Of a stretch of 64,000 nucleotides of DNA, positions 1 to 12,873 are shown in pieces. Positions within the stretch are counted from its first letter, which is position 1; each line of letters begins with the position of its first letter. Source of the stretch: Harriotta raleighana. Taxonomy: Eukaryota. A program made the position numbers and the translations under genes. The DNA lies in the NCBI GenBank assembly GCA_050575255.1, contig JBNZDD010013698.1, positions 5,776,314 to 5,840,313 of the forward strand, read 5' to 3'. The notes beneath the pieces were generated by a model. It was not told where the DNA came from. It did not search any database and saw nothing but the letters and a program-made list of their open reading frames with translations.

Positions 1-124
1 GTTTGCTACTGGTAAAGCAGAATGCAGTCATCTGGAAACATTAACTCGTAACAAGAATTGCTGCAAGAGGTATGGAGCTACTCTTTAAGAAAATCCCTTT
101 GTTGGTGTTCTTTCATAAAGCAGA

Positions 125-232
125 ATCATAGAACCTTACAGCACAAAAAGAGGCCATTCAGCCCATCGAGTCTGTGTCGGCTCTTTAAAAAGAGCAATTT
201 AATCCCACTCCCCAGCTCTCTCCCCATAACCG
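125..232 (-). mobile_element. CR1-type LINE 3' end fragment
   Basis: Reverse complement of the ...gatgggctgaatggcct...gtgctgta..ttctatgat tail; the same tail occurs on the + strand at ~55260-55353. Confidence 0.65.
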
Positions 233-679
233 CACAAACTGGTCCTCCCCGAATAAATGTCCATCTCAGAAGAAACATGCTGAAAAACATCCTGATCTTT
301 ATCGTCAGAAGCAATTATTTCTAATGATTTTATTGTTTGCATAGTTTATTTTTATCTATATATCTCCTGCATAATCTGGAGATGATTTACATTTACAGGG
401 TGATTGCACAGTAAATTGATGCACTGGCACATTGGATTATTTCAGCACTTTGCATCATTACGTATTCACCTGACAGGTTTATTCATCTTTGTAATAATGA
501 TCCTTACATTTGGTATAGCATCTGATCATGTTGTTCAGGTGTCTCACATCGCCTCACAGGGTTCACTCTACAATTGAATGTCTGTGTATTTTGTAGGCAA
601 ACACAACAGCCAATTTGTGTTTAGCAATGTCTCACACAACCATGTTGTGAATGACCAGTTTTCTCTTGGGTGATGCTAT

Positions 680-945
680 AATAATAATAATAATCCTTAG
701 ATTTATACAGCGCTTTCCACTTCTTATCGACGTCCCAAAGCGCTTTACAGAATACAACAACGTCCCAAAGTAGGGACCAGAGTAGGGGTGGGGGGAAGGG
801 GTCGGGGTAGGGAGAAAAAAGAGGGAAGAAAGGGGGGAAAAGGGTAGGGGCCAGAGCAGGGAGAGAGGGGTCCTGGTAGTGGGAAGGAGTAGGAAAATTG
901 ACTGTATATTTGTGGACGAAATGCGGCAGCCAATTGCGCACAAAT
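680..945 (-). mobile_element. SINE 3' part interrupted by a purine-rich insert
   Basis: (TAA)n tail and cagcgctttcc...gtcccaaagcgcttt, then a G/A-rich block, then SINE core gaaatgcggcagccaattgcgcaca. Confidence 0.6.
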
Positions 946-952
946 GTTGGAT

Positions 953-1274
953 GATAATAATAATAATAATAATCCTTGCATTTGATATAACGCTTTTTAT
1001 GTCGTGTAGTCAAAGCGCTTCACAGAATATTCTGTAAAGTGAATTGACTGTATACTTGTGGGCGAAATGCGGCAGCCAATTGCGCACAGCAGCGTCCCAC
1101 AAACAGTCGTGGATTGAAATGACCAATTTTTATTTTTGTGTTTTTTTGGAGGGATTATTATTAGGTGTGTGGAGTAAGGAAACTTGCCCAAAGTTTCACC
1201 CTGAGCTGCCTGGATTAAAACACAGGTCTCACGCCTGTAAGGCGAGTGCTCTAACCACTGAGCTACAGGACTCC
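953..1274 (-). mobile_element. Full-length tRNA-derived Deu-type SINE
   Basis: Reverse complement starts ggagtcctgtagctcagtggttagagc (Pol III A box); core tgtgggacgctgctgtgcgcaattggctgccgc; L2-like tail with (TTA)n. Confidence 0.9.
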
Positions 1275-2105
1275 ACGGACTGGACTGGATGGGATACCAG
1301 AACTCCATTCTGTTCTGAATAGTGATATGGGTTTTTTAGACTCCACCTAAACAGGCAGACGTGACCTTGATTAAATGTTTCATTTGATGGATGGCATTTG
1401 CTCCCCTCACATTGCACTGGCAATCAGCCTGGACTGTGATTTTAAAGTCCTAATGTGAGGTTTGAAGGTGAGAATGCCATCAGTTTAGATAGGCTGACAT
1501 AATAGTTAGTAGCACACTCAATAAAAGAACTAACACAATTCCCTCTACCTAAAATTAAAATATTGAAACTGCGAGAAGCTCCAGAGTGATCATCTCTGCA
1601 TAATAATCTAGCCGTGTAAACTATAAGGTTATTTTCCAGTTCAAGTCAGAATAATAAATATATCAAACCTCGGATATGTTTTATGAATTATCTATTATGT
1701 AAGTTGATTAATATTATTCTTGCACTAAGTGGTGTGCTGTTAAAGTGTAGTTGCTTTGATGAATGTAATTTTAATGCGCTCAGTATTCAGTGGAGTCTCA
1801 GTTTATAATAATAAAAAGGTCTACATTTTGTCTAGCTGTTTTGTGTGTCACCATCCCCTCCTGGCAATGGCTGGAAGTGCGTCTGTGAAACCATTTCAGT
1901 CTTTGTACATTTCTTACTTAACAGCAGTCAGAACACAAATCTTATTTCAAATGCCAATGCCAAATTAGTGTAGGAAAACTTTTCAGTTTCTTGATTTAGT
2001 TTTCATTTTCAATTGGAATTGGAAACAACATTTATAATATGTTTTGTTTCTCATGTTTATAATGTATCAGCCTAGCACAGTGGTAGTGCATAAAGATCCC
2101 GTTAG

Positions 2106-2465
2106 CAGTAAAACCCTATTTATCCGGCCCACTCGGGGGGGTCGATTAATTGACGGTGCCGGATAAACGGGGGCAAGTTGCCAAAAACCCAACATAAAAA
2201 ATTAACTTATTTAAAACATACCACGTTAATAATAGACTAAATAGTAACAGAATATTGTATGGATATTTACCAATAAAGCATTCCAGCATAGTCAGTAAAA
2301 AAATTGGTAAAAAATGCTCGGTAAAAAACCCAAGTTCGTGCACATGCACACACATTGCACGCATGCACAAAGTGAGCAAACTCGCAATTGCTGGAATGGG
2401 GAATTGCCCCAGAAGGGGGTCGAGCAATCCGGTTGATCGGGGCATGGATAAACAAGGTTTTATTG
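2106..2465. mobile_element. pogo/Tigger-like MITE, family A
   Basis: TIRs cagtaaaaccctatttatcc / ggataaacaaggttttattg followed by TA. Internal sequence matches the copies at 29078 and 47913. Confidence 0.85.
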
Positions 2466-3149
2466 TATTTGAAAAGAAGAAAGGGTGTTCGTCTTGATGT
2501 CCAAAATCCCCCAAATACAATTAGTCGTTCACTTCATGGCAGGTTTGTGGGACATTGCTGTGCTCAAATTGGCTGCCGAATTTACCCACAAAACAGTCGC
2601 TGTACTTTATGGCATACCCTGTCAAGTGCTTTGGGACATCTTCTTGATGTGAAAGGAACTACAGTTAACTCCTGATAATTTGATTCAGGCAGAACTTGTC
2701 ACTACCACTTCAGTCACCATGTGTCAATAGTGTCAGCCACCTCGAATAAAAAATGTTAACAACGGACTTGTGACATCCTCCCAACTTGAAAGGCACTATA
2801 CAAATTAAATTTTTTGTTGTTTGCTTTACTTGTGACTTTACTGAACACGCAGTAACACTTCGCCCCCTTGTGGGCTATCTTGCAACTCCTGATAACTAGT
2901 TGAGCCTTTTTTTTTACTTGGGAGTGATGAGTTATCCTGAGTTTACAGTAAACCGAATGTATCATTATTATTCATACTTTCCGGAATTAGGTAAGCTCCC
3001 TCCAAACCAATACACAGGAATTTCCATGTTTAGGTGGAATGCATGGAATTCTTTGTGGTTTGGACACTCTTAAGGATGGTGAAGAGCCATGCCATAGGCA
3101 CCTCAGATATCAGACACTCAGCTAACCAAATAAAGTTGTGATGTAGGGA

Positions 3150-3410
3150 GAATGTTTTGCATTATTGGAGGTACCATCCTTTGGATGAGATATTAAAACC
3201 AAAGTCAATTGGACATTGATGAACCTATGGCATGATTCAGAAAGAGAAGGCAAATTTTGGGGGGATTTCTGCTTGTTTGTGGAATTATTGCTGTATACAA
3301 ATTGCCTGCCACATTCACCTACAAATGCACAGTCACTACCACAAGAACTTTGAGATAGTTTGATGTTATAGGTGCTGCAACAAATTCAAAGCTTATTATT
3401 ATTATTATGA
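3150..3410 (+). mobile_element. Old degenerate Deu-domain SINE
   Basis: ggaggtaccatcctttggatgagatattaaaacc and gtggaattattgctgtatacaaattgcctgcc resemble the copy at 57645-58030; ends in (TTA)n. Confidence 0.55.
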
Positions 3411-3880
3411 AGTGCTCTCTGGATTTACTATAGATTATTCTTTTAAAACACACTCAGGGTTTACTTGTGTTATTAATTGGTTTGATTGTGGGATTGGTTG
3501 TGGGAGCTATTTGAGAGCATGAGCACTTGAGGCTGGGAGATTGTTGCATATTAACTTTTAACAACATAAGTAACAATTAAATATCGTGTGTTGCATATTA
3601 GTTTTAATAGCTTCAGTGGCAATTTAAGTATGGGGCAATTACAAAAGGATGATGGGAAGAATTATTTAGGAGATTGAGAGAGAGAAAGAGTGGATTTGAA
3701 AGAAGTGGAATTGTAAAGTTGCATTAAAGGTTGGATCAACATTGAGTATTGTGGATTAATTACAGGAAAACCCAAAGCCTATGCTCTGCACTACAGGTCT
3801 GTTTGCCATTGACGTTGGTTAAGTAGTGCTGCAGTTTTACTAATCTTTTGCTCTGTATATTTCCATCTGTTTTATTACAG

Positions 3881-4035
3881 ATATATTCTCACAGATCTCA
3901 GACTCCAATGGGATGATCGTGTACTTGAAGTTTGACCAATTCCTAAGGGAGGTGCTTAAGTTGCCCACAGCTGTGTTTGAGGGGCCGTCCTTTGGTTACA
4001 CAGAACACGCAGTCCGAACCTGCTTCCCACAACAG
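3881..4035 (+). CDS. DTNB: beta-dystrobrevin internal coding exon (EF-hand region), 155 bp
   Basis: Acceptor tttattacag|, donor CAG|gtgaga. Translates (Y)[51 protein letters not shown], a dystrobrevin sequence; [12 protein letters not shown] is the beta-type version. Missed by the ORF track. Confidence 0.95.
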
Positions 4036-4275
4036 GTGAGATGACTGGATACATTGTACATGACTGCAATTTGGAGGTGGGTTCCTTAATTAAGGAATCC
4101 AGATGTATGTCACTCCAATTTGTGGGAATTCCCGCTGACACAATCTATCAATGCAAAGATTGTTATTGTTATTAATTTCAGAGAGGAGTTCCTACAAGTT
4201 GCATGCGATGCATGGAATACATCTAGAGTTATCTAGATCCACATCTGGTTGCCAGAAGTGGATCTGACTTGATTC

Positions 4276-4520
4276 AACAACAAGAGAAAACAAATTGCAT
4301 TTATATTCTGTCTTTCACGTTGCGAGGATGACACAAGGTGCTGGACTGTCAAAGATTTGCATCCGAGCTGGGGGTCAGGGATTCGGGAGGGGTGAGGGCC
4401 GAGACAGCAGTGGGTGGTTGGGGGAGGAAATATGACCATAGAGTCAGTTGAAGACAAATGTCTTGAGAAGGACCTTGAAGGAGACGAAGGATTGGACAAG
4501 TCGAAGAGACTCTGGGAACA
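4276..4520 (-). mobile_element. L2 LINE 3' end fragment
   Basis: (CAA)n-type tail, catttat...tttcacgt...caaggtgctg, purine-rich 3' UTR as in the other L2 copies. Confidence 0.7.
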
Positions 4521-4541
4521 GCAGATTCCTTTGTTAACATA

Positions 4542-4760
4542 AACAAAAACGTAAAATACTACAGATGTTGGAAATCTGAAACAAAAAGTGCTGAGAACAC
4601 TCAGAAGGTCAGGCAGCATCTATGGAGAAAAGAAAAATGAGTCAACATTTTGTCAAGGACGTCCTGATGAAGGGTCGTGGACCCGAAACATTGACTCACT
4701 TTTCCTTTTGCCATAGATGCTGCCTAACCTGTTTAGTGTTCCCAGCGATTTCTGTTTTTG
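4542..4760. mobile_element. Palindromic Penelope-like terminal doublet with 16 bp TSD
   Basis: Arms ggcagcatctatgg...gagtcaac / ttgactc...ccatagatgctgcc. Flanked by the direct repeat ttcctttgttaacata (4526-4541, 4761-4776). Confidence 0.8.
4661..4696 (+). ncRNA. Minimal type I hammerhead ribozyme motif (PLE-associated)
   Basis: gtc-CTGATGA-a-gggtc-gtg-gaccc-GAAA-catt-gac: both core boxes, a 5 bp stem II and a short stem I (gtc/gac). Confidence 0.65.
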
Positions 4761-6533
4761 TTCCTTTGTTAACATATCTGCTTCATAACTGATCTAAGTT
4801 GGATCCCCTTGCTTGCCATTCTTTTGCTTGAAAGTGAATCGTGATTCTTTTCAAATTAGTGCTAGAAAAATTAAATTATCAGGATTTAAAAATTCTCAAA
4901 AGGTCTTAGATGTGGATGATTAGTACGGCGAATGTTATCGATTTGTAGGACTGGACACAGACTGAGCACATGGATGATTGTACACCGATTACTAAAAATA
5001 GAGAATGTGTCTCTGTAATGGGATTTCTTGAATAATCTGAACTCCGGTACTTAAAATAACTAAGTGAGCAATTTGTGAGAGGATGCAAATTCTAAAGCTA
5101 ATTAAGTGGCAGAAGGTTTAAAACGTAATGGTTTTATGCTGAGTGATTTGCCTATACAGTCATCTTGAGTAGCCACTTTAACCCAAAAGGCAGAGTGTAA
5201 CTCAATAATGAATAATTTGGGAGTCTGCGGTGTCTCCACTGAGAGCTGTAGTTATTGTACACCAGACTCATCCTCTCCCGAGACCTATCTGTTTGACAGG
5301 GCTATTGTGCACCTTTTCCTGCCAACCTCTTCTCTGCACCAGCTCGGGTCAGCTGTCAACTTTGAGATGTTTTCCTGCTGTTTGAATGTAAATTGGTTGT
5401 TGTTGTTATTGAATACATCTGTGCCAGTGTTTTTTTTATATGGTTATTCATAATCCTACATTTGATGTAGTCTCTTTCATGCCAGGAGGATGCATTAAAG
5501 TGTGGTGACTGTATCTTGTAGGCCAACATGCCAAGCTATTGATTCCATCAGGGGAAGGTTGGAAAGATGAAGGTGTAGAGGGGAGTTAGGACTAATTAAT
5601 GAGTTAGGAAATGGTTCTTCCACCTTTAGTGAGTTTATCTTTATCTAACTTGAACGGATGGAGTGAAAACCTCTTATTTTGCTGTCAGTTAGCAAATGAA
5701 TCCGGAAACCCTGATCATTATGGTGATGGATTGATAGTACTGTAACAATAAATAAGTCTGTGAATTTGTCATCACCGATATGTCTCTTGCATTAACAAGT
5801 CACCCATATTACGTTTAAAATGCACCATTGATTTCAAGTCTGTCCCAGCCCGAAGTATCAGAAACAAGGCTGTTGGAAGGAGCCCTGGTAATCCCTTTCT
5901 CAACAAAGTTCCTTCACAAGCAGATTTTCGATCAGAATATGATATGAATCAGTCAGATATACATTACATTATGGTATGATGGAATCCTGGCCACCTAAGA
6001 TTCAATTTGTACTTAATCCAGGGTCTCTTTAGAAACACAGCCCATTGAAGGCCAATTAGCCCATCAGGTCTCTGCTGGTTCTCTGAAAGACAAATCCATT
6101 CATTTACATTCTCCACACTCTTTCATATTTTACCTTTCCAGATATTTATCTAATACATTCTTAAAAGCTGATTTGGAGACCAGCTCAACCGTTGTTCCAA
6201 GCAGGGAATTCCATGATCTCCATCAGGGAGAAATGCTCCCCCAGATTGATGTGACGTATGCACGTTTCAATTTAGAGGCACCAAAAAGGAAGTCTGAACA
6301 GAAATTGTTCCTGGTTTGATCCCATTCATTTTTGTGACTGTTTGTGGGATATGAATGTGCGCCAGTTGGCTGCTGTTGCATTTTAACAACATGAGATGGA
6401 ACTGAATACAATGTAATGGTATTACAAAACTGAAAATTTTTGTTTGAATATTTCAGGGCTATCATTTTGTTGGCTGTGCTACATTACATTCTACATTGTT
6501 TAGCAGTGGGTCAATACAATAGTCCAACTCTGT

Positions 6534-6802
6534 GGAGTCCTCCAGCCCAGTGGTTAGAGCGCATGCTTTACAAGTGGGAGACCTGGGTTCAGTTCCAGGC
6601 AAGGCGAAACTATAATAAAAACATTAATAATTTGATCATTTCAATCCATGACTATTTGTGGGACACTGCTGTGCACAATCGGCTGTCATGTTTTGCTCAC
6701 ATACATATAGTCGAGTTACTTTACAGTTTATTCTGTGAAGTGCTTTGAGACGCCTGGAGGACGTGAAAAGCGCTACTGTATATCAAATGCAAGGATTATT
6801 AT
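6534..6802 (+). mobile_element. tRNA-derived SINE
   Basis: Head ggagtcc...cagtggttagagc, Deu core, tail tcaaatgcaaggattatt. Confidence 0.85.
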
Positions 6803-7964
6803 GAGTGATAAATTTAGCTTCCATTGCTAACATTTCTGGTTAGCATAGGATCATGAGACAATGGAGGTTGTGATGTTCTGGGATGCTACTCTGTCTTACA
6901 ACCGAGTGGAATACTTTTTCAGTGAACCTGCACTTTTGCATTGTGCTGTGCTATAATGTATTTTACATTCCACCACATATCATACTGTCAAATGCACTTT
7001 GATCTCTTGTAACATTTGCACAAACTTACCCAAGACTGAATTTAAGATGCAAATAATACAACTACACTAATGAAGAAGTGAAAAGCATGCACAGCGGGTC
7101 TGGGGATCATTATAATGCGGCCGTGGGGATCCATAAAACTCCAACCTGTGCTTAACTGAGTTGTGATAGCCTGTTGCACTGTGTGAGCCCCAGGCTGGAT
7201 GAAAATGGCATTGGCAAACAAAGCAGGAAATGACAATTGTGACAACCAAATCATTTGTAGTTGGTAATTTTAGCATCAGCCTGGCAGTCAGCCAGAAGTC
7301 GACTGAATTGTAATGAAATGCTTTGTAATGGGGCCATGCTGTAAATTATTTCTGTAACTCCTGAATTTATATTGAGACATCAGCAACTGTGGCTGCCTTT
7401 GGATTTGCATACCTATCGAGTGCAGTATTTCACGACCGGTTCTCGGTTACCAAATAAACTCGGCACCAAAGTAACCAAATTAATCCAGAATCCGATAGTG
7501 AAAACCAACAGTGTACAAACTAATACATGTGCTGTGACATTACATGAGTCAGAAGTTTCTAACTTATGATTGTTTCGAAGATAGTGTAAATGATCAACAC
7601 AACATATGGTTTGAAGGCAATCCTAACTTCGTGCAATCACACATTTGCAAATTGACGTAATAAAAATATGTAAGTTATATAAACACACATAAATATATCA
7701 TGTGTATATATCTTCCAAATTATAGTATAATATAGTAATTGAAACTGTGAATAAATTTGGTCACAAATATTCATGAATGGAGGGCCTCAAAGGCCCTTCC
7801 TTTGTTGATTTATGTCAGTGCAAAGAATAATAGACAATGTTTGAAGAACCAAAATCAAATCTGTTGAAGTTTTAATAATAAATAAGCCATGCATTTGATA
7901 TAGTGCCTTGCACAGTGTCAACTCCTCAAAGTGCTTCACAGGATATACTATAAAGTAGTTCATT

Positions 7965-8296
7965 AGTCTTGTAGCTCAGTGGGTAGAGCTCTTGCCTCTC
8001 CGGTGAAACATCTGGGTTTGATTCCTGGCAGAGTGAAACCCTGGGCAAGTTTCCTTACTCCACACACCTCTGTTTACCTGACAGAAGTATAATGGCAGGA
8101 ACCATAACAATCCCTCCAGAAGAAAAAATTGGTCACTTCAATCTATGACTGATTGTGGGACACTGCTGTGCATAATTGGCTGCTGTGTTTTGCCCATAAA
8201 TATACAGGCAGTTCACTTCACAGTATATTCTGTAGAGCGCTTTGAAACATCTAGAAGATGTGAAACATGCTGTATCAATATGCAAGGATTATTATT
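7965..8296 (+). mobile_element. tRNA-derived SINE (long variant)
   Basis: Head, extra cctctgtttacct... segment, core and tail all present. Confidence 0.85.
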
Positions 8297-10078
8297 GATT
8301 TTTAAATAAAGCAGATTGACTGTATTTTGTAAGCAAATTTTTGCATATAGATTCATAGATAGATTCATAGAAGTTTACGGCACAAAAGGAGGCCATNGGA
8401 TTGACTGTATTTTGTAAGCAATTTTTTTGCATATGGAAATGAAAAAAGATTGGGCTCATTTGTTAGCCTTTTAGCTATTATCTTAACATTTAAGATTGTA
8501 ACATTTAGAAATGTCTTAAATTTAAACTTAATTTGACATCAGTTCTTAACACAATTTCTGCACAATCTTCTGTTTAAAGATATTAAGGCTCGTAGTGTGA
8601 GAAATGTCAGGCCTCTTAAGTAGTTATTCAATAAATGTTATTCAATAAATGGTTCATTGAACCTTTTCTGATACTTTAATCAAGATTCATAGATAATTTG
8701 CTGAACAGAGTTCCTCTTGCTTTAGAAGCCTGGATGGAAATGGCATCTATCATTCTGAATGAGTTTTCAATTTATTAAAATTTAGTGTTATTCAAATCAC
8801 TTGTTCTAATAAATGAATAAATAGTTCCATGACTAACACAGATTGCAGGTTTGTGAACCTGAATGAAAAAAGCACTTAGAGCAATTTGTACCATGATTCT
8901 CTGAAACTAGGGTGCAAAATCCATGAGGTAAGACTTACTAAATTGATAACACTAGTTTATAATCATAATACTGTATAACGATTCAAGTACTCAATCCATT
9001 ACCTGTCAGATCACTCAAAAAGTCACTTCATTAACCAACATCAAGTATTCTTTAAATGGAAGGAAGGTAGATTTCCCAGATAATTAAATTTAAAATAATG
9101 TTAAAAATAAAACATTGAAATTAAAAAATGATTTATTGGCTAGGATACCAAATGTAAGGTTTATTATTAATATTAAAACAACACCTTATATAGCAGCCTG
9201 TCACGCAGGGTAGGGTCTCATAGTGTTTTCGTTTATTATTAATAATAAATCGAAATCCATCACTCATGTAACCGGTGTTTATCCATTTCTGAAATGGCTG
9301 AGGAGCAAGCATTCTTTTTGAGGTCTTATGTGAGGTGGAAATATTCAGTACCAAACTCTGTTCATACAGAACAACCATCTCTGTGTATCCTGGCCTTCTG
9401 ATGATTATCTTTCCACTTACTGTATTTCCTTCCAGTATAATATGGGACAGATTGTATTGAATGGAAATGGAAAAGTAAGTTAATGATATAGTGACATGGT
9501 ATGGTATATCATTGGATATGATAATATGCATTATCTAGTCGTCAAATGTTTGAAGGGTTCATAGGTGAAGTAAATGGAGAAAAATTGTATGACAAATGTT
9601 CAGACTGTAAATGTCCACATGAGGGCAGTGTTGCCTGTATTTTCGTTTGATCACACATTGCAGGTCTCAAACGAATAGCTATTTCTCCTAGCAAATCCTA
9701 ACTCATGGAAATTTGACCTTCACACCATCTTATGCCATGTAGGAATTGCTATTTGCAGCTTTTGGTCTTGTCTTGAATATTGGCCTTTCAACTCCCCTAG
9801 TTGGGTGTGTTACATTGCTCTTTATATAAATCCTTTTTAATGTCACCACACTGCCTGGGGAAGAGCTCCCTGTTAAACGTTGTCACTACAAACTGGTTAC
9901 CTCCTTTCCTGACCATTGCTTCACCAGATCTGAACACATTTTCATCCAGAATTATGTGTGCTTTTAAACCAATTTTCTTCCCCTCTTTCTCTCAACTGGA
10001 GTTAATGCCACAGATATGTGTTACCTTAGTCCACATGGTTCTCTGTGAGCCTTGACAATGCAGCCATCTACAGTATAT

Positions 10079-10370
10079 GGAGTGCTGTAGCTCAGTGGTT
10101 AGAGCACTTGTCCGAGAGGCTAGGGACCTGGGTTCAATTCTAGACAGAATGAAACCATAGGCGAGTTTCCTTACTCCACACACATAATAATAATCTCTCC
10201 AAAAAATAAATTTTTGGTCATTTCAATCCTCGATTGTTTGTGGGACACTACTGTGCCCATTTCTCCCACATATATACAATTAGTTCAGTTTACAGCATAT
10301 TCTGTGAAGCGTTTTGGCACATCTAGAAGACGTGAAAAGCGCTACATCAAATGCAAGGATTATTATTATT
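10079..10370 (+). mobile_element. tRNA-derived SINE
   Basis: ggagtgctgtagctcagtggttagagc ... ggttcaattc (B box) ... tcaaatgcaaggattattatt. Confidence 0.88.
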
Positions 10371-10494
10371 GTATGTGCATTTTCTGTATTGCGATCAGAA
10401 AGGTGAACTCAGGCTAATTCTGTTCCCACCAAAAGCTAAGTAACTGATCATGCACTAGGATTTGAATCAGCAACCTTTAGCATGCCTTAATGCC

Positions 10495-10897
10495 CAACAA
10501 CAACAAAATTACATTTATAGAACAGTTAGGTCGGGACCTGAGCAGGGAAGAAGGGTCGGGGTAGGGGGGAGGGAAAGGAGAATGAGAGAGGGGGAAGAGT
10601 TAGGAGGGGAGCAGAAGGTACGGTCGAAGAGGAAGGTCTTGAGACCGGCTTTGAAGGAGGAAAGGGAGGAAGTGAGGCGAAGGGATTATAGAATGGAGTT
10701 CCAGAGTGTGGGGACAGAGAGGCTGAAAGCCCGGCCACTAATGGTAGGGCAGTTCCTGTGGGGACATGGAGCAGACCAGAGCCCGCTGAACAGAGGGGAC
10801 GGGCAGGATGATAGGGAGAGAGCAGGTCGGAGGGATAGGCAGGGGCAAGGCAATGAATGGCCTTGAAAGTGAGGACGAGGATCTTGAATTTGAGGTG
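10495..10897 (-). mobile_element. L2 LINE 3' fragment
   Basis: Minus-strand frames give FKILVLTFKAIHCLAP and GRAFSLSVPTLWNS (L2 ORF2 C-terminus); (CAA)n tail. Confidence 0.88.
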
Positions 10898-11075
10898 CAT
10901 TTATCCAGAAGACTGTTGGAAAGTATGTGATACCATAGAGAAGGCTAGAAATCTTCAAGTCAAGTGTTTAGAGAATTTTTATGTTTTTCATTGGAACTTC
11001 ATGATACTTTTCGGATCCCTTTGATGATTGACGATTGAAAACAAATTCAATTTGAAGTTAGTTTTCATCTATATT

Positions 11076-11405
11076 GGAGTCCTGTAGCTCAATGGTTAGA
11101 CCACTCATCTTACAAATGTGAGACCTGTGTTCGAATCCTTGTAGGTCAGGGTGAAACCTTGGGTAAGTTTCCTTACTCCACATACACGCCTAATAATAAT
11201 CCCTCCAAAAAAAAGCAATAATAGAATTGTTTATTTCAATCCCATGGCTGTTTGTGGGACGCTGCTGTGCGCAATTGGCTGCCGCGTTTTGCCCACAAAT
11301 ATACAGTCAATTCACTTTACAGTATATTCTGTGAAGTGCTTTGAGATGTCTAGAAGACTTGAAAAAGTGCTATATCAAATGCAAGGATTATTGTTATTAT
11401 ATTAT
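11076..11405 (+). mobile_element. Full-length tRNA-derived SINE
   Basis: A box, B box gttcgaatcc, Deu core, L2-like tail. Confidence 0.9.
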
Positions 11406-12873
11406 GTATGCATTTACACCTTAATACCTGGTTGATCTGTTGATCATTGTTGCCCCTGCTTTGGGTGCTGACTTCAATTCAGTGATGAATGTCAAAGTTA
11501 TCATGTTTTATGTGTTATCTTGTGCAATCCACTGTGCATTTCATCAGCTGAGTCTACAGTAATGATTTGTATAATAGCATATCTCTCTGAGTTGCTCACA
11601 GTTGAAGTAGTGTGGCGTGCAGTTAAAATGAAAGTGGAAGGTAATTTCTTCAATTTGCATGAGTGATCCTCAAGTCAGAAATTGGGTGGATCAAATATAA
11701 GTTACTGCCAAAATAAAGCTTTATATCAACAGAATCATTGCTTCTGACTGCAAAATACAGCTTGTTCCATATTATTCATGTTGTCGTTGATTGGGTTACA
11801 ATACATCAGTAAAGTATTGATCACATATCAAGGCATTAATGTTTCCGTATCTATTCCATCATTTGCATTTTGTTCCCGCATTCATAGCAGTAACTGTCAG
11901 TTAGTGATTGTCAGTGATATGCATTGCTCGTCTTGTAAATAAATTTACACCAAATCAATAAATTCTAGCCATTTGGAGACTGGTGAGTAATGTCTCTTTT
12001 TTTGACAAAGGAAATATTTCAGCTCCACTAGCAATTAAGGTTAGAGACAGTGGTTTAGATTCTCAGCAGCCAGGCGCCAGGGAAAGTTATTTCCCAATAG
12101 TAGACTTATTATACAACTGGCAGTAATGGGATTTTTTTGTATAGTGAACACCATTCGTTTATGTCCTCCTTGTCAGAATGATGAGGAGCTACAGACGAGG
12201 CTTAGTGGAAGGGAAAACACTGATAGGGTTATCTATGGAAGTAGCACCATTTAGTAGATGTTTTCGCTCTCATGGTGTTTGGACAGTGACACAGCTCTGA
12301 CCTCAGTGGCATGGATTCCAGTGCCATGCAACCCTGGACATGCGAAATACATCATTGATAACACAAGAGCCATCTGCATTTTCTGTATATAAATATTCTG
12401 GATTTTTTCAGGGGAGATCAGAAAAGATCTGTGCAGAATCCAGTACTTTTGGAGGTCAGAGTTGGTGTGAAATCCCCATTAAAGTTGTGGAATAAATGCA
12501 CATGATGACATTTGATAGGAAAGACGAGGATTCTTTCCTTGAATCATTCTGACAGGGGACAGGCTGAGAGCAGACATTTGGTGTAAAATTTTCTTCTTTA
12601 TTGGCATTACGATCCTGCAAATATATAAACTCATCAAACACAATCAAAAAGAGATTCAGCATAAAATATCCTCCTTATCTTTCAGTGGCTGTTTTATGCT
12701 CAGCAACAAAGGAACCTGAGCTGACATGCAGATGTCCCCTCTTTATATTGGTACCAATTCATGATGATATATTTTGTTGTTTACTAAAGACTATGGTATT
12801 TTGATAATAATAATTGCTGCTTTTGATATAGCACCTTCTAACATCTTCTAGATGTTTCACAGAATATACTGTA

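Noticed and set aside
8313-8434. ~35 bp direct repeat around a CR1 tail stub
   Set aside because: Contains an n at 8397, so a TSD cannot be told apart from a scaffold join.
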